Below the pieces are notes generated by a model that was given only the letters and a program-made list of their open reading frames with translations, had not been told where the DNA came from and searched no databases. Below are positions 62,841 to 64,000 of a stretch of DNA of 64,000 bases, piece after piece (position 1 is the stretch's first letter; each line of letters starts with the position of its first letter). The translations under genes were made by a program, and so were the position numbers. Source of the DNA: a virus. Its lineage: Duplodnaviria > Caudoviricetes. The stretch spans positions 81,002-145,001 of the IMG/VR virus record IMGVR_UViG_3300032030_000015. The stretch is one strand, 5' to 3'.

Positions 62841-64000
62841 TTACGCTACCGTTCTCAGTTTCTCGCTCAGGGCCTCGCAGAGCACGCGGCTCATGTTCAC
62901 CTCGACGGCGTTGCCGATGAACTTCTTCTGCTCGGCCTGGGTGCCTATAAGGGTGTAGTCGGTGGGGAAGCCCATGATGCGCTTCAGTTCGCCGATGTTG
63001 AGCATTCGCATACAGATGTCCACGATGCCGTAGGCGGCCATGAACTCCTTGACCCGTCGCGTCCAGGGACTGTCGTAGTCGTAGATGGCGATGCCTACCA
63101 CGCCCTCCTTGGTGGTAATCAGATACGGCGGCATCTTATCCATGCGGGCAATGAGCGTGAAGCAGGGCTTGTCGATGCTGCCGCCGTCGCTCTTGAACGA
63201 ATAGGGGTTCATCAGATACTGCGCCGACACGATTTTCTGCTTGGGCGTAGTCAGCACGGCAGGGCACGGACGGTTGATGTCCGACAACTGACCGCCACCG
63301 CTGTACTCGTTGGCCATGAACTTCGTCGTCACCAGCGACAGCCGGTCCTTGGTGACCACGGTGGGAGCCGGGTCGTCGATGCTCGTGTTGAAGCCGTTGC
63401 CGTAGTAGGCGGTGACGAAGGCGTGATGATCCTTGCAGGTGACGGTGCCGGCGGGCTGGTCGATGTCGATGTTCTTGCCCGACGGGTCGCCGCTGAACTG
63501 CTTCGAGAGGAACTGGCACTTCACCTTGGCAAAGCGGTTCTCGGTCGTCACCACGCCGCACGGCTCGTCAATCGACTTCACCGTGTCCTGCGCCCTCACC
63601 GTGTTGTATCGCATCATAAACTGCTCGTGCTGCTTCTTTCCGCCCGCCACGAACTTCACCAGTCCGGCATAGATGCGCTCCAGCGTCTTCTCGCAGAGCG
63701 GCTTCTTGCGAGTGAAGATGCTCTCGCCGTCGTCGTCGAGGTCGAGCACTTCGCGCACGGGCTTCCACTTCTTGTACATCTTGAACATGCCGCCCTCGTC
63801 GCCGTTCTTGGCGTGGGTCTGCTGTGGGAAGGCAATCGGCAGTCCCTTCCTGGCGAACTGCCCGAAGTACCGTTTGCGCGAGGTGTAGGCCCCGAAGTCG
63901 GCAGCGTTCAGGATGCGCCACCCGAAGTCGTAGCCGTAGTCGCAGACGTGCATCACCCAGCGCATGTAGTCAATCCCCTTGCGCTTGCTGATGGGCTTGC
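62841..64000 (-). CDS. DNA cytosine-C5 methyltransferase (5' end outside the window)
   Basis: LNAADFGAYTSRKRYF (motif VIII), RMLNIGELKRIMGFP (IX), IGNAV (X); repeated TRD units. Confidence 0.9.
   Translation of the reverse strand, partial: KPISKRKGIDYMRWVMHVCDYGYDFGWRILNAADFGAYTSRKRYFGQFARKGLPIAFPQQTHAKNGDEGGMFKMYKKWKPVREVLDLDDDGESIFTRKKPLCEKTLERIYAGLVKFVAGGKKQHEQFMMRYNTVRAQDTVKSIDEPCGVVTTENRFAKVKCQFLSKQFSGDPSGKNIDIDQPAGTVTCKDHHAFVTAYYGNGFNTSIDDPAPTVVTKDRLSLVTTKFMANEYSGGGQLSDINRPCPAVLTTPKQKIVSAQYLMNPYSFKSDGGSIDKPCFTLIARMDKMPPYLITTKEGVVGIAIYDYDSPWTRRVKEFMAAYGIVDICMRMLNIGELKRIMGFPTDYTLIGTQAEQKKFIGNAVEVNMSRVLCEALSEKLRTVA

Noticed and set aside
1-64000. Stop-codon reassignment (as in some crAss-like or Lak phages)
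   Set aside because: Long genes are intact in code 11, and TAG, TGA and TAA all act as stops at gene boundaries.
1-64000. Integrase, att sites, terminase, portal, endolysin, Ro60/TROVE
   Set aside because: No recognisable motifs in this window; they may lie in the part of the genome not shown.

Overview
This 64 kb window is a large part of a temperate, siphovirus-like Bacteroidales phage or prophage, probably from a Prevotella-type host (TAnnTTTG promoters, AT-rich leaders without Shine-Dalgarno sequences, and DUF3127, DUF4494 and HU-like genes). The left arm (1-13.3 kb, minus strand) carries early and replication genes: DEDD exonuclease, translation factor IF-1, primase-helicase, an HU-like protein and the RNA ligase RtcB. 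A repressor/Cro-like switch follows at 13.0-14.1 kb. Tail, baseplate and fibre genes occupy 14-31 kb, a Cys-rich operon of unknown function 32-36 kb, tail tube, capsid, S49 protease and tape measure 36-52 kb, and holin-like genes 52 kb. A second minus-strand early block (53-64 kb) includes ASCH, an SSB-like gene, an ART-like gene and two DNA methyltransferases. No terminase, portal, integrase or endolysin is recognisable in the window. Top observations: (1) a ~450-nt structured ncRNA with two circularly permuted tRNA-like domains, lying between an unknown coiled-coil gene and rtcB, with no Ro60 in the window; (2) a fibre gene cluster whose products carry three apparently orthogonal classes of N- and C-terminal docking motifs, plus two tiny unannotated class-switching adaptors; (3) an 8-copy phage-specific late promoter with fixed spacing; (4) a candidate trans-acting sRNA antisense to translation start regions; (5) palindromic repeats inserted into genes and promoters. 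All family assignments come from motif recognition by eye; no database searches were run.
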